A stretch of 64,000 bases of DNA from Styela clava (Eukaryota): assembly GCF_964204865.1 (NCBI RefSeq), contig NC_135250.1, positions 248,001 through 312,000 on the forward strand. Reading direction: 5' to 3'. The notes beneath the pieces were generated by a model, which was not told the DNA's origin, ran no database searches, and was given only the letters and a program-made list of their open reading frames with translations. Below are positions 1 through 14,000 of this stretch, piece by piece. Positions within the stretch are counted from its first letter, which is position 1. Every line of letters starts with the position of its first letter. Position numbers and translations under genes: made by a program.

Positions 1-2225
1 GACAAGCTAGAGTCATTTGGGACTGGGACTCAAAGACTTGACCAGTGATTGACTCGACTTTAGACTCGAAACACAAGTGACTCGACTTGACTCGCGCGGG
101 GATTAGCGAAGCATTACGTGTTTGAGCAAATTATATTCAAAATTGATTGAGGCTCATTACAGCAATCTCGTGTTAGACCACTGGATGTCGCTAGATGGTG
201 AAAATGGCGAACGCTACTCTGCAGCCGAGGATGCGGAGCCGGAGTTGGTGAGTATTTATTGTAGTCTGAAGTGGAGTCGTGTTTACAATCTCCCGACGTC
301 AAAATCTGAATTCCTCGAAGTCGAAATTTCAGACTTTTCAAGGCGATAATCGTCGAGATTTCTTACAAAACTTGAAATGTATTAGATCTTGCATGCGACA
401 AAGTTTTTGACGAAAAATTTTGAAATGGTTTTCAACTCCGAGTTGGAGTTAAAATATTTGCCACTATTAGAAGACAGTCTGAGCTCAACACCACACCCGT
501 GTCTGTGTCCACTTAGATAAACTAAGGCAATCAATTATAACTATTATGCGCTATTGTTAAGTAAAACTATAAAGTAAATTAAGATATAATTTTTGCCCGT
601 CTTTCTCAAAAGCATGATAAAGCACTTTTCATTTTTGTTTAAAAGATCTGCATTTTCTATAGGAACTACTTGTATTTGGTGTTACGCAAGACTAACTACC
701 TCCCCTTGTCTCATGCCTATTTACTATTTGATTCAAGAGTCTTGCTGCGGACTAACACAAATGTATTTCTGTAACGTTTACCCCAGACATGAGCAAAGTA
801 CGACCCACGGGCCAAGTCCGGCCCGTTGGGTAATTCGATCTGACCCGCCTGATGCTGCCACTACCGAACTGAAACCAAATTTCGGTGTTTTAGCTAAAAA
901 TAAAAATAAAAGAATTTGTTGAGATTGGGGTTATTTTTAGTTTTCGCACAAGGCATATTGTTTTCGACCTTTGCTTTGTAACACTGTAAATATTGTTCAT
1001 AAAATGTAATTTTTTACGTCACACCTTCATTGACCGCCAGACTAGGTGGGTAAAATTCTGGCCCCTGGTTCAAAAACCTTTCCCACCCCTGGTTCAGCCA
1101 AAACGTTTGTTTACAACTTTAATATAATTGTGGCAGCTCCCGCCATGCAGTGAAGCGAAAGGCTGCTGTTTTGTAGCGTGGATTGTGAAAATATTGCTTC
1201 CAATATCCGATGTTAATATGTATCACATAAATATAAAATTGTCGCGATAAAGATAACTTGAACATGCCCGAAGCAATGTCTTGAAACAATTTCACAATAT
1301 GGATCAGGTCACCGGATACATACCATCAATTGAATGTCTATGTGTATATTGAATACCTTGGTAATACCGGCGATAAAAGACATTTCTAGGAATCCAATTC
1401 GGTCATGGTGTCGACTATAGAGCAGGGTTTATCAACCAGATGCCCCTGTTCCCCTCTCCATAAAAGGTTGGGAATCAATGCTGGTAGAACTTCCGCGTAG
1501 TCATAGCTCTAGGGAACGATTTTGAAACAAAAATTTGGCCTAAACGGCTGATAGTTCACGGTGATTTTCATCCCAGTAAAGTCGTAGTCAGTGGTCAATC
1601 AAATGTCAACCAACGCGGTACGAGCTATCGGATGAGCATCGAGTTTGCAGCGGACAAGCTTGGCTCAGTAAAATTTTTTTATATTCATTAATAAAGTGTT
1701 CCCATGGCATATATCATAAAATATGTTTCCATTTAGTTGAAATATTGGTTCTTATGAAAGATTTGAAAAGAGATAAACGACATAAGAGTCTCCTAACGGC
1801 ATCAACCATCTTCAAGTTCTCAATCTTTGTAATCAGTGGCTTCAATAATTGTGGAGAAAGGCGCTTTTTGAACAGCAAAAACAGGAATTTAACAACTATC
1901 AGAAAGGCACATTACGTATAACATCTGTAAAGTAAACATAGCAAGGCAACATGGCTGGTGGATATGCATGATAAATGAAAACTATTTTGGTGGATCATAA
2001 AGCTGTTTCGGTTCAGAGTGAGTTGATCCACTAAGCAGTAAGGCAGTTTGCAAATCATGAATTTTTTAACTTAGCCGAATTTATTCTCCTAATAATAAGG
2101 ATAGGCTTTGGGTATAGCGTGCATATTATATTCGGGCCACAACCGGCATTGTGAAATGTCACGGGTATAACACGACACACAGGAGGACGAAAAATTGGTC
2201 ATTTCCCGTTAGCATGGCTGACTTT

Positions 2226-2235
2226 CCTTATATGG
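2226..2235. promoter_or_regulatory. Upstream CArG box
   Basis: CCTTATATGG, perfect CC(A/T)6GG. Confidence 0.3.
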
Positions 2236-2595
2236 AATCGAGGTCTTCCTGTTCTTATTATGATTCATAATGTTATGCAGAACAGTGATTATTGCGACAC
2301 GTTCGAGTCATTGTTGAATCATAATACTGTTTGCATATCACCGTCCAGTTGAAATTTCCGCGGTAAATCCCGCGATGGTTGAACATTTTAAATTTTGTTA
2401 TCGAATAAAATTTTGTTGAATATTTTTTTACAAACGACGTTTTACTTACACTACTAAAGTTCGGAAGGACTGGATTCCGGTTCGGTATTCCCAATTCAAT
2501 TTATTGCTGAGTGAGGTGATATCCTTGATTTCCCTCTCGATGGCTGAACATTTAGAGACCATTAACAAATACGTTTTGGTATAGTTTTTTTTTTT

Positions 2596-2816
2596 GGTAT
2601 TCTAGAATTATGTGAACGAAGATGGCGGACACCGGAACGTAGTATGTCTACCAAGTTAGGGTTAGGCCATAATTTCAGGTACAAATACTACGGGAGTCGT
2701 GATAGTAATTGAACTAAAATAGGGAAATTTGGAATAAAATTATGGCCTAACCCTGACCAGGTAGACATACTACGTTCCGGTATCCGCCAACTTAGTTCAC
2801 ATATTCATTGAGTACC
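2596..2816. mobile_element. Fold-back MITE, family 1 (long TIRs containing GTTAGGGTTAGG)
   Basis: ~65-bp inverted arms TATGTGAAC..GATGGCGGACACCGGAACGTAGTATG..GGCCATAATTT and its reverse complement; related copies at ~34770, 47601, 58944 and 63289. Confidence 0.85.
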
Positions 2817-5046
2817 GTTTTTTGTGTTTTATATACGTATTTCGACTTCTTCTTATGCGACCAATTGACATTAATTGCATAGCGCTGAAAGGGACCACCG
2901 TATTAGATGACTAACCTACTGGGTATTCCAGAAGTTCTGACCTTCAACCAAAATCAATGAACGGTCAGCCGATTAACCGTTAAAAAGGTTAATTATGAGT
3001 AACCGGTAACCGATTACCCATCACCAGTCCTAATAACCACGTGTTGTTCATGTAAGCTATTCGCCTCGTCGATGAGGATGATTGTACCTGATAAATGTCT
3101 AGGATCGGTTAACCGGTTGGGTAATTCCACCCCTAATAACCACATGTCGTAAAGTCACCGATTAACCGTGTCGATTTCGCAGGAAACAGACTAGATCTCA
3201 TTGAACATCTGCGCTTATCGTCAACTGTGACTCGTGTCTAGTTACCGACATTAATTATTAGTTCATAACAGGTGTAATCAGACGCATTATTAATTCATAA
3301 TGATTTGTCTATTGTTACAAAACAACATCGTATCATTTGAAAATACTTTTAAAATCCTTCAGTCAGTTAACTGTAATCTACTAGTTGTTCGATAAAATTA
3401 TCAGATATTGAGTAGATCCAAGGGTTCCCAATCGGAAGGTTTTTCTACACAGTGAGGAATTTTAATGTTCGTGGGGAGGAATACTTTGTATTTGGTGCAG
3501 TTTTACTAAACATGTTTAGTCATTTGATACTTTTGCAATGCGTATTTATGGGTAGAGTATAAACTGTTCGTGTTCGATTTATGATTTAAGTTATCAGATA
3601 TTGGCAATGCTAAACCATGAAGATATCGGTTGTTCAATAAAATGATGTATTTTTACTTATCGATTTATGCTTGTAAAACACGTATTTAAAAAATCCAAAA
3701 ATACCATCCAATAAATCAGGACATGTTTTCATTTACGTTTTTACTGCAGAGCGCAGATTTGGGATTGCAATATGTGATAAAAATAGTCGGGTTATTTGAA
3801 TGCCAAACCCTATTTTGCGTGAATCTTATTTATTTTATGTTCAAGAGGCACAATGACGTGTACTTTAATATATTGTGACCTTGAGTCTTTTAATTATGAC
3901 ATCATGTTTGGTGAGTAGTTACGTCAATTCAACTATAATGCGATTGACTGATCGCATAACCTATCGCAATTCTTAAGAGATTATCTCAAAGTAAGGCTAC
4001 GCGCACTGACCCAATAATAAGAGAGACTCATCTCTGAGCAAGTTTACGGTCTACCACTGGAATGCCAAGAGCCAAGGAAACTAGAGAATTATGGTGGTGC
4101 ATTATGCGCTAGTGAACGCTGATGAGCACAAGATTCGAACCCCCGCAGCAAGAAACAAAGAAAAACCAACTTTTTTATAGGAAAGAATTGGAATGAACGA
4201 AACGACTATTCAATGAACTGTCAGCTTCTGGCCGCAATTTTGCGTGTTCTATAGCATTGCGAGGTAACCGGATGAAATCAAAATCCCCGCATACAAAAGC
4301 CACGTCATCCTTCCCAAAGGAAGGAATTCGCACCTTTAAAATCTTAGGAGCTGCGGCGCCTATAAATCCTTCTCTGACACAAAAAATGAATTGATTGATT
4401 TTATAATGAGGAATAGCAAATAAAGCATATAAATGAAGTTAATATCAAATGGCGTCATTCGTTACGTATTGTATTATTCTCCCTCTTTTATTTCAGGGAA
4501 TAGAAAAGCCGATAAGACAACTTAATTATATATATGGAGAACCACGGCCATGTCGGGTACGGAAAAAGCCGTAACAGACCGACGGTTGTGTGAACCACCC
4601 ACGACAGAGATAAGTCTAGCAACCCTCTCTCATAGGTCCTGTGAACCCACACAGTATAACCAAGTGAGTAGCAAGCGTGTTACTTTTAATGCACAAACCG
4701 CCGCCAATCGTTGTATATTACACCAACCATAGCCTCCTTTAAACCCAAATTTCCAACCAATCCGACACTTTTTGAAAGAAAATTTGCCGAAAAGGTCACT
4801 CGCATACACTTATATATAGCCAACGGAGTTGATCTCCGTTCGAAGTTATGGGCGGTCACTGAAATTCTAAAATCTGCCGAAACTATGTAGAATTATGAAG
4901 TGCATCACACACACTCACTCAGAAGTAAAGAAGACTCACCTCTGGGCGAGGTTGCAGGCGAACACTGAAACGCCAAAAGCTATAAAGATTTATGGCGGAG
5001 CATCATGCGCAAAGAAAAGATACTCATCGCTAATTACAGTTTTGCA

Positions 5047-5327
5047 CACTCACTCAGAAATGAAGGAGACTTATCTCTGATCAAAGTTACGGGCACTCAC
5101 TCAGAAGTAAAGAAGACTCATCTCTGGGCAAAGTTACGGGAACTCACTCAGAAGTAAAGAAGACTCATCTCTGGGCAAAGTTACGAGCACTCACTCAGAA
5201 GTAAGGAATTCTCAACTCTGGGCAAAGTTACGGTCACTCACTTAGTAGTATAGGAGACTCATCTCTGGGCAAAGTTACGGGCACTCACTCAGAGGCAAGA
5301 GAGAATTATCTCCGAGCGAGATTACGG
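5047..5327 (+). repeat. 47-bp minisatellite, ~6 units (degenerate units from ~4796)
   Basis: Unit CACTCACTCAGAAGTAAAGAAGACTCATCTCTGGGCAAAGTTACGGG starting near 5047, 5094, 5141, 5188, 5235 and 5282. Confidence 0.92.
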
Positions 5328-5730
5328 ACGGCCACCGATTGGCCGAGAGCAAAACTTCAGAAAATTACATCTGTGAATTGCCCGTTATTGAATACTGATC
5401 GATCAGATAAATAAAATAAAATGTGATATATTTCTGTCAAAACCGATTCCATTGACCCGACTTATCAATCATGTTTTAAAAATAATTTCGCAGACCGGTC
5501 GCCAGATCTTATTTCACTATTTGATGTTTCTAATTAACATCAGATCATTAAACCATACATGTCTGTGCGACGCTTTGTAATCAATAAGTCACGCATGGCG
5601 GCGTAATTCACACTCTTTCATGCGCGACTTCCAAGCATGATCCTATGATAACACGTATCAAGTATGTATGGGCCTAGTATGGCGTTAGTTGCAACATATT
5701 CAGCCACAAATCTGCTTTGCAGGTGCCGCA

Positions 5731-5870
5731 CCAAATAAGGGCACCGGTATTGCGTCGTGCGTATTGCATTCTGATATCATAATAGCATTAGACTCCATAA
5801 AAGGGCATAAGTTATACGTCTAACCAATCAGAAACGAGCAAAACAATACAGGAAACAGGAAGTGACGTTT
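5731..5870 (+). promoter_or_regulatory. Actin-type promoter: two CArG boxes, a CCAAT box and an ETS-like site
   Basis: CCAAATAAGG 5731-5740 and CCATAAAAGG 5795-5804 match CC(A/T)6GG; CCAAT 5824-5828; CAGGAAGTG ~5857-5865. CArG plus CCAAT is the established architecture of cytoplasmic actin promoters. Confidence 0.65.
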
Positions 5871-5899
5871 CATGCGGGCGGCGCCTTGTTGCTGTCGAA

Positions 5900-6078
5900 A
5901 TTGCAGGCTTACTAGAAGCGTTCGTTTCATTTTGTGTCTGTCTATCGAAGAGAGTGCGGAGAGCCGGCTCGTCAAAGAGGAGTTCTTGGAAAAATCGCAA
6001 CACTTTGACAAAAATGTAACTTTTGAAAAATCGAAAGATTCGTACTAACAAGTGATCAAAGGATTGATGATACAGAAG
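5900..6078 (+). other. Probable non-coding first exon of the actin locus (start approximate)
   Basis: Lies just downstream of the CArG/CCAAT cluster and ends in donor AAG|GTTAGT at 6078/6079. The nearest strong acceptor ahead of an actin ATG is TTTCTCTATTTACAG| at 10967. Confidence 0.5.
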
Positions 6079-9000
6079 GTTAGTGTGGTTTACTTTAATA
6101 CTTGTCGCAGAAACTTTGTTCCGAATTTAAATTTATGAAATCTCTGTTGCACCGATGAACCTGTATACAGCTAGTCAGCTAGTATATATACATAGAGGAT
6201 AGTATTTTGTATTCAGTACTTCTCACAGAACATGGATCAAAATGTCTGGCATCCCTTTTGCATTAATAATTTCATATATATACAATTTATACCATTTATT
6301 TATATTGTATAATTAGGCGTTAAAAATGGTGGTAGCTTGATTTATTTTTAATCGGGAGTTCGGAACCTAGCTTCGAGCAAACTTATTTGAAAAACATATG
6401 CTAAAGTATTCCTCATGTTGGTTGTCGGTGATATTAAGTTTGTTCAATTTTTTACGAAACTCCAAGATTAATTGACAAGAAATTTATAGATTTTGCCAAT
6501 TCAAGAATAAAGTATATTGGATTTAAAAATCATAATCGAGAATAGAGATTTCTGTTATAGGTATATCACTGTGAGTTACTCTATAACATTTTAGTACATT
6601 ATGCCCATTGAACTGTTAATATCAGAATATAGTGATGAAAAGTGTTAACACACCTAGAATAACAATTACCAAGACCCTAGGGTGTGATATAAATGATTGT
6701 TCTACGTCAGACCTACAAATTTAGTCCTTAGAAAATATTAGCTCTTTACGTTCCAATGTCGGGTGGTCTAAAGCCATGTTCGTATTAGTTCGAATTAAAT
6801 TAACGAGTCTTCAAAAAAATTTGACTATTCTAATCGTTGACGTTTCTGGGTTAGACCAGCGCACCCAGAGAGTGATAAGTACGTTGCGTTTAGGTAGCCA
6901 AAATGTTTTGATACTTTTACAAATATGGTGGCTTTAACTTTTAAGCAGTGCTCACCAAGGGCCTTACTTGGAGTGAGTATGTGTGAAACATCAAAGTATA
7001 ATTCATGAATGGCCAAGCATGGGGGGCGTCATTTATCATCGGCCCGTTTTAAAAATAAAAATTTCGAAAATTTTATTATTTTAATTAACAGTAGAAGTTC
7101 AGAGCCTTGCGCATCGTGTCAATATGAAATAATATTCATTACCCGACGCAATGTTGTAAATCAGTAAATCATATTTTAACATATGGGTGTGAAAATCTAT
7201 TGTCAGTTATAAATATCATTTTAATGCTAAAGTAGGCATCATAAGAGAACCTACTAAATGGTATTCGTCTTGAATCAGAATATAAACAAGCAAGCATAAG
7301 GTTTGTATAAATCGTAGGTTCATGCAAAAGCAGGTAAAGCTCTTCCGTTTAATGTTTGCTCTGAACAAGAACCAGTAGTACGAGTAATATAATATCGGTG
7401 GGCTTTTTGCGGAACGGCCATTTGTAAGCGAGAGAAATCTCGGATACTATGCAATTTTACTCAATATATCGTTTTTAAACATCCCTTTTATTTGGGGGGA
7501 GGGAGGGATTTTTTCATAGCCCCACCTCGTCGCCCACCTGGGATATTATGACTTAACATTTTCGTATTATGACGTTGAGCTGTAAATTTTTTTACCATAT
7601 ACTCCCACTACCATCATGGCAATTTTTTTCTAGTATTATTTTTCTAGTATTTTCAAATACCTGAACGTCGACATTAGCCTTAGTAATAAATATCTTATGA
7701 ATATAGATATATAGCGGGCTGGTGTTACACGATAACTTCGAAAACTTAGTTGAAAGAGGGAGAGCGTTCTGAAAATTGTTTATATTTAGAAAATTAGCTG
7801 AGTGAAATGGAACAAAAATCTAAGTTAAATGCTAAATTGTATGCGCTGGTTTACGTTCTCCGATTCCCTAACCCAGAATGAATTCTTGTGAGCGTAATAT
7901 GCATTAATGCAAAAGTATTTTAGTCGTTTAATCTTCTGTTAGATTGTGTTTTTTGGATTAATTTGCAAAATTGATGACATTCACTATTGTAGAAAAGAAA
8001 GGGCGATCATGACGTTGTGTGGTATTTATTTCCGAATAATTGTAGTTACTCGTAAGTTATGACGTAACAGATACGTCACAATGAGTTATTTGAGCTTCCC
8101 GGCTGGATTTCCGCGCCAAATAAAGCACGGAACATCTACACTGCGAGATTTGTCTTCTGAAGTAAACTCAACCAAGTTTGGTTAGAATTAAGTCAGAGAT
8201 TATCTAAATCTAAGATTCCAACTTGAAGCCAAATCGTACTACGCCCAGAAACATGCATTAGTAATTAGTTATTGACCAGCAAATCGTGCTTCGTTGTCAA
8301 TATTTTTGTGAAAACTGAGATCCGTGATTTATGGTTTCGAGTTATTTCTTGAATTAATCTCCGACAGTCGTGTCTGTAGTTCGTTTCCAACATTAGCAAG
8401 GGTGTCTCAGACCATGAAAAGGGACTTTCTCATTTATATTAGACTTGTAGCAGATGCTTGTGAAGTAACATTAGTTTTATGAAGGAATTAATAGATAAAT
8501 AAATTCAATGAGTCCCGAAAATAAAAATATCATTAAGTGTGGAGAAAAGGGAAATTTTTTGTAATGAATGTACAATCCTTAACTTATTATAAACTATAAA
8601 AACGGGATTCAGGATTTGTTTGAAATTATGATTTTGGAAGCTTTTCTAAAATTTTGTGAGCGGCTAAACAAAACCTATATGCTCAACATCAGAATGTTTT
8701 TTTTTAATGGGAGACATTTAAAAATATAATATCGTATTAACTGTATGAGACACCTTTTACTTGCTGGCTTCGGGGCGAGGCAATATATCGTTAAAAAATT
8801 CCGGCTTTTTTAAAATTAGTTCCACATGTATCAGTGTATGCTTGTATAGAGCCTTGTTTGGAACTAAAGTCGTGATTACGTCGTTTAAAAGCGATGATTT
8901 ACTGTATTGATATCGGAATTCCCTTCCAAAATAAATTAATTAACAATTAATCCTATCTTAATCGTGCACGACGGAAAACAAACATCGGCATAATCCCAAA

Positions 9001-9125
9001 ACATCTGGCAAGTGTTTAAATCGATCGAGATTTCGTGGGGCGTGGCAATGTGTTTCCTTCCGTCAGATGGTGCAAGAGACACCAACAAACCGTGACAGCT
9101 CATTTCCGCGACCCGGTCTCTCATT

Positions 9126-9135
9126 CCATATATGG
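9126..9135. promoter_or_regulatory. CArG box in the presumed first intron
   Basis: CCATATATGG, perfect consensus. Confidence 0.4.
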
Positions 9136-10458
9136 CAACGATGCCTACTAGAGTCAGCACGTCTTGTGTATGACTAGCAGTCGCACTGTGGCCTAGCCCA
9201 GTGATACAGAAAGACATTAGTTAGATTATCATGCATTTGTGAGAGGACGGTAGCACTTATGAAAGATAAATCTCAGCTTGGTGTCAGTTAGTAGATATTG
9301 CTCGTACTAGCAAACAGTCTTCTATGAACGTATATTATATATCGTGCTACTCTTAGATATTGAGACACAAGATGGGCAATAATGGGGCAGCCATATTTTG
9401 ATGATATGATCAGCAATGCTTTGAGATATATATTAAAAGAATGAAATACAGCTTTTGGATTAATATTAGAAATGTCAGCTAAATTCAGTTTGACAAAATT
9501 CAATTCTTTATGGGGCTCAATCTGGTATATAGTTACTTCAATGAGTAAACTTAGAACATTCTAAATCGAAGAAAACCTGGTAAGGGAATCCTAGAACATT
9601 GAGCTATCGGGAAATATATAAAACCAGACATAGTTAAGTATTGCAGGCAAATCATGCTTATTGACATATTGACGCGACCTCACTACGTGAAATTGATTGT
9701 ATTATATCAGTCGTTTATCCCAAGGGATGTGATGGCTGGACAATGACCAGTAAACAACGAGCGCTGTATATGGCAAACAGACGTTATTAATGATTTAATG
9801 TCTCACGGCCTTGCTAAACATAATAGATTGACCACTTGTTCTCAGAGTGTTGTCAAGAACGTTTTTGATACGGGATCATTAATTAATATAATTGAAATAC
9901 TAATAAATTTATAATATATATATTGCCGCGATATATCAAAGCGATTGGAGCCATATTGAAAATGAAGCGTCGGGATTAAAAGGTAATTTTCGTCGGTCAA
10001 TGTAGCCTCCTGCTAATGTTGATGCCAGCGGATTACAATTTGTCCTATTTTTAATCTTACTAGATTCGTTTGCCCGTGATGAACAGATTCTTTTTCTGAG
10101 CGAAGTTTCTATCTCAAATATCTGTTACCAAGATTCAGGTGTAACAGCTAAGACTTCTTGACGGTCTGTAGATATCCGCTCAAATAGAAGTCTCGTCGTG
10201 ACGTTAAAATCACATAAAATCGACGTTTATTTTTAACAGCGTGCAGACGACGCCTTGCAAACGCTGCCAAAAATTTGAAATCGAAGCAAATTTCCTTCCG
10301 CACAAATCAGTTACGTAATGCCTGAGGCAAAGTAAAATCGATACCAAACATCTTGCTAAATTGCGCAGCGAGGCCAACTTCATTGTGATTAGTCTACCGC
10401 GATCAATCAGTGCAATTCAATAGTAACGTCTTCTAATGAGTTCGAAAGTGTCTGATTG

Positions 10459-10468
10459 CCTTTTATGG
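10459..10468. promoter_or_regulatory. CArG box in the presumed first intron
   Basis: CCTTTTATGG, perfect consensus, ~500 bp before the first actin acceptor. Confidence 0.4.
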
Positions 10469-11011
10469 AAATGGACGGTAAAGTGTATTGCGTATGGACA
10501 ACCCGACAAAGCACTATACTAGCTTCAGTTTAGAAGTATCCATAAGCGTCTTTGATAGGGCTTGAATAAGAAAGTGATCTAATGCTACAAACGCGCTGGA
10601 ACAATACACGCGATGAGGAAAGCCTACAAATATAAAAAAAAAACTTCACATTGTACCTGTAATACAGCATAAACCTTAACCCCATCGACAGCTTGAGTGT
10701 TGTCATATATATTAGCGTATATTGATAGGATCTTAGTGAGGGAGTGACTGAATGGGGAATAAATACTGTTTTGGGGCTTAAGGTGGGGGTAATTCAATCC
10801 TACAAATTGTTGGTATATTACACGCAAAAGCATGCCCTCAAATATGGAAAATGCTTCCTTTCCTATACTGACCCTTCCAAATGCATAAACTTCTTCGATG
10901 TATAGAATCCGCGATTCGATGGCTTTGTTTTTGCAACACGACTCACAAAATCTTTCTCTATTTACAGAAAATATAGAACAGTCCGCAGTGTGAATTGTTA
11001 GTTTCGACAAC

Positions 11012-14000
11012 ATGGCTCCAGCGATCATCATTGATAGCGGTTCGGCCAACACCAAGCTTGGCTCGACTGGCGATGAGGAACCACGAACAGTGCTCCCCAC
11101 GGTTTCCATCAGTGATAAGAAAACGGTAAGTGCACATTGATTTAATTAATTATCCGCGTGGGAATTGATTGTCGACTCCACTAAATAATTCAACTACACA
11201 GTTACCTGGATCTTTTATTGATTGAAAACTCATGGCGTTGAAAATTGTCGATTCATAATGTCCCGCCAGTACTTTGGAATCAGGTTTTCCAGACTTTTCT
11301 CGCAACAGTTCGATTATGGAATAGATTTTGACTGATATGCGACGTAATTTTGAGATTATGTTCCGATTCTATGATTGCTTGTCTTTTATTCAAAGCGAAG
11401 TTACAGCAAGCCATATAAAGAGCCTCCAGTATCGGCGAATACTGTGATTTATCAGTAATTTTACTGTTTTCTCACAGTGCAGCTGATCGAAATTTCTAAA
11501 TTATTTACAAAACCATTCCTCGGAGTTTCCCCCTGCGAGTGGTTACTTGGTTATGCAAGGATTCATATAGGTCTAAAATGAATTGGGTATTCGAATCGAG
11601 TCGGAAAAAATGTTACATGGTTCTTTCCGCGTTGAATACTTGACTTGGTTACGTCTTGGTTAATTACTCATATTTACCGCAAAACTCCAGTTAATTTAAC
11701 AATTTTTCACAGTTTTAGTAAATATAAACATCGTTACTGTTTTATATTGAACACTGTTATCCCCACACATGGCCCAACGTAAATCAGGCTTCAATTATCT
11801 CTTCCAACTATCACCCATGCTATATCGTGTGATAATGCAAACCATATCTCCTTAGGATGTTTATATTTAAAACAGAACAATCTCGATTTCCTTTCCAAGG
11901 GGGCGATTATACAGATGATGCTTTATCATTATAGATACGACCCTGATACAGTAGCTTCCTGTTACACGGACACTAGTTTCAATAATCAAAATTCCCAAGA
12001 GCAAAATTATCCCTTTCTATCACAGCGTTTGATTGAGCGAGGACTCGTCACAAACTGGGATGAAATTGAGAAATTCTGGCAACACTGTATTGAGAATGAA
12101 TTGAAGATGGATCCGACACAGAATCCGATATTTCTCACAGAGCCGCCTCTCAACCCACAGGTATGCAAGTGGTGCTAGGGATTTGTGGAGTCGGAATAAA
12201 GTTTTACTCAGAACTCCGGATCCGGTTTGATACGACTCGTGAATTTCATATAAATCCTAGCCCGATTCGGTGCTGTTCTGATATTGTCCCACCAATAATT
12301 TTTGATCTGCTTCCTTCGATTCTGTTTATGTTGGGTTGGGATAAGTGGGAAGATGGGATTAGACCTTTTCAAACCTAAGACAAACAGAATCGAGTAGAAC
12401 AGGTCAATAAAAATGGCGGTGGGCTAATATAAGAACAGTAACCTAACCCTGTCCGCGGCATGATGTAAATCTCAACTCGCAGTCGAAAAACTTTTTTAAG
12501 GTGGTAAAAAAAAATTTAAACTCTGACTTCAACATTGGCAGAGTAGCCAGCTTAGATTGCTCTATTATTCCCATCCAGCCAAATTCTTATCAGCGTTAAC
12601 TTATAAATGCGGTTTGCATACATGTTGAATAGGATAACTTCTCTCAACACCGTAAAATTAAGATTAGATGTTTGCTCAAAGTAAGGTCACACGTATTCTC
12701 TTCAAAGTAAAGGAGTGCCATCTCATGCGAAGTTGAAGGCAACATCTGAAATTACAAGAGCAACTTACTGAAACAATTTGGAATATTGTGGTGCAATGCG
12801 CGCCGATACACGAGATTTCAAACAACTCATATTAATATTAATACGACAACTGATGTCCTTCGCCACTAAGACGCAATACTTTATTTTCCAAAGCTTGCTA
12901 AAGTTTCAAATTTTTATCTAACGCGACTCTTTTTCAATTCTTAGAAAGATCGCGAAAGACAAGCAACAATGTTATTCGAGAAGTTCAACACTCCCAAGAT
13001 GTCTTTCGGATTCCAGCCTGTACTGGCACTCTACGCCTATGGAAAGATGGCAGGTAAATAATAGCACAAGTCAATAATTAACAAGAAAATAACGCCACCT
13101 CCCATATTAACAATATTAGTGAGTAAATGAAAAAAACCAACTAAAGGGGACTGCAGGGCATTTTCAAGAGTCCTAATTTTATTCGAAACCTAAAAAATAT
13201 CATACAATCTCATCTCGGAAATAAGCTTTCAAGTTTTTTCTAAATATCTGCAGTTTTTCGTTATTGCTGAATCTGCATCCACGGAAACTCTCAACCACCT
13301 CTTGTACTCATAATATATCACTATCTACGGCTCTCTAACGCCTCCTGTGTCCAACTTCATATCTGGTCTATAACCGTGATAACTCTCTACCACTTACCAT
13401 GTCTAATTTTGTTAATAATATTGATGAGGAGCTATATATTCAAGTATCTACCGCCTACTGCGTATGATTTTTTTAGATAATACTTTATCCCCATGTTGGC
13501 AACTCTCATTACTTACTGTACTTACTTGAAGTATACTTTATTATATACCACTCCTTATTTACCAGGTTTTGTGCTTGACATCGGGTACGGCACGATGCAA
13601 GCGGTTCCATGTGAAGCGGGATTCTTCGTTCCAAAATCCTACAAAAGATCCAACCATGCGGGACAGGATCTGGACTTCCGTCTCAAGGAGATGATGCAAT
13701 CAAAAGGATGTGACGTCAGTTTAGAAGGTAAATAGAGCGTAAAATTGTCAATTTCCAAAAAAAGATACCGCTGAAAAATCTCTATTCCGACAAGGAATTG
13801 GATGTTTAGAGATTATACAACTAAAACGGTCTTTCCTGGTTGTACTTGCTACTCAGTTTAGTTCTATCACGGACAAGTGTGGAATGGAAAATAGAAACTT
13901 TTTCGATCGAAAAAATCCAAATTACTAACAGAATTTCAACCTATTCCCAGTTGCGAGTGACATTAAGGAGAAGCTTTGTTACGCCACACAAGATTACGAT

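Noticed and set aside
122-922. Short ORFs at the window start
   Set aside because: Overlap repeat fragments (GACTCGACTT repeats, a MITE at ~785-1091); no coherent exon structure or motif.
5047-5327. Regular repeat array resembling CRISPR
   Set aside because: Head-to-tail units with no unique spacers, eukaryotic context, no cas genes.
10624-11109. 161-aa minus-strand ORF
   Set aside because: Antisense to exon 1 of the divergent actin and its upstream intron; no recognisable motif.
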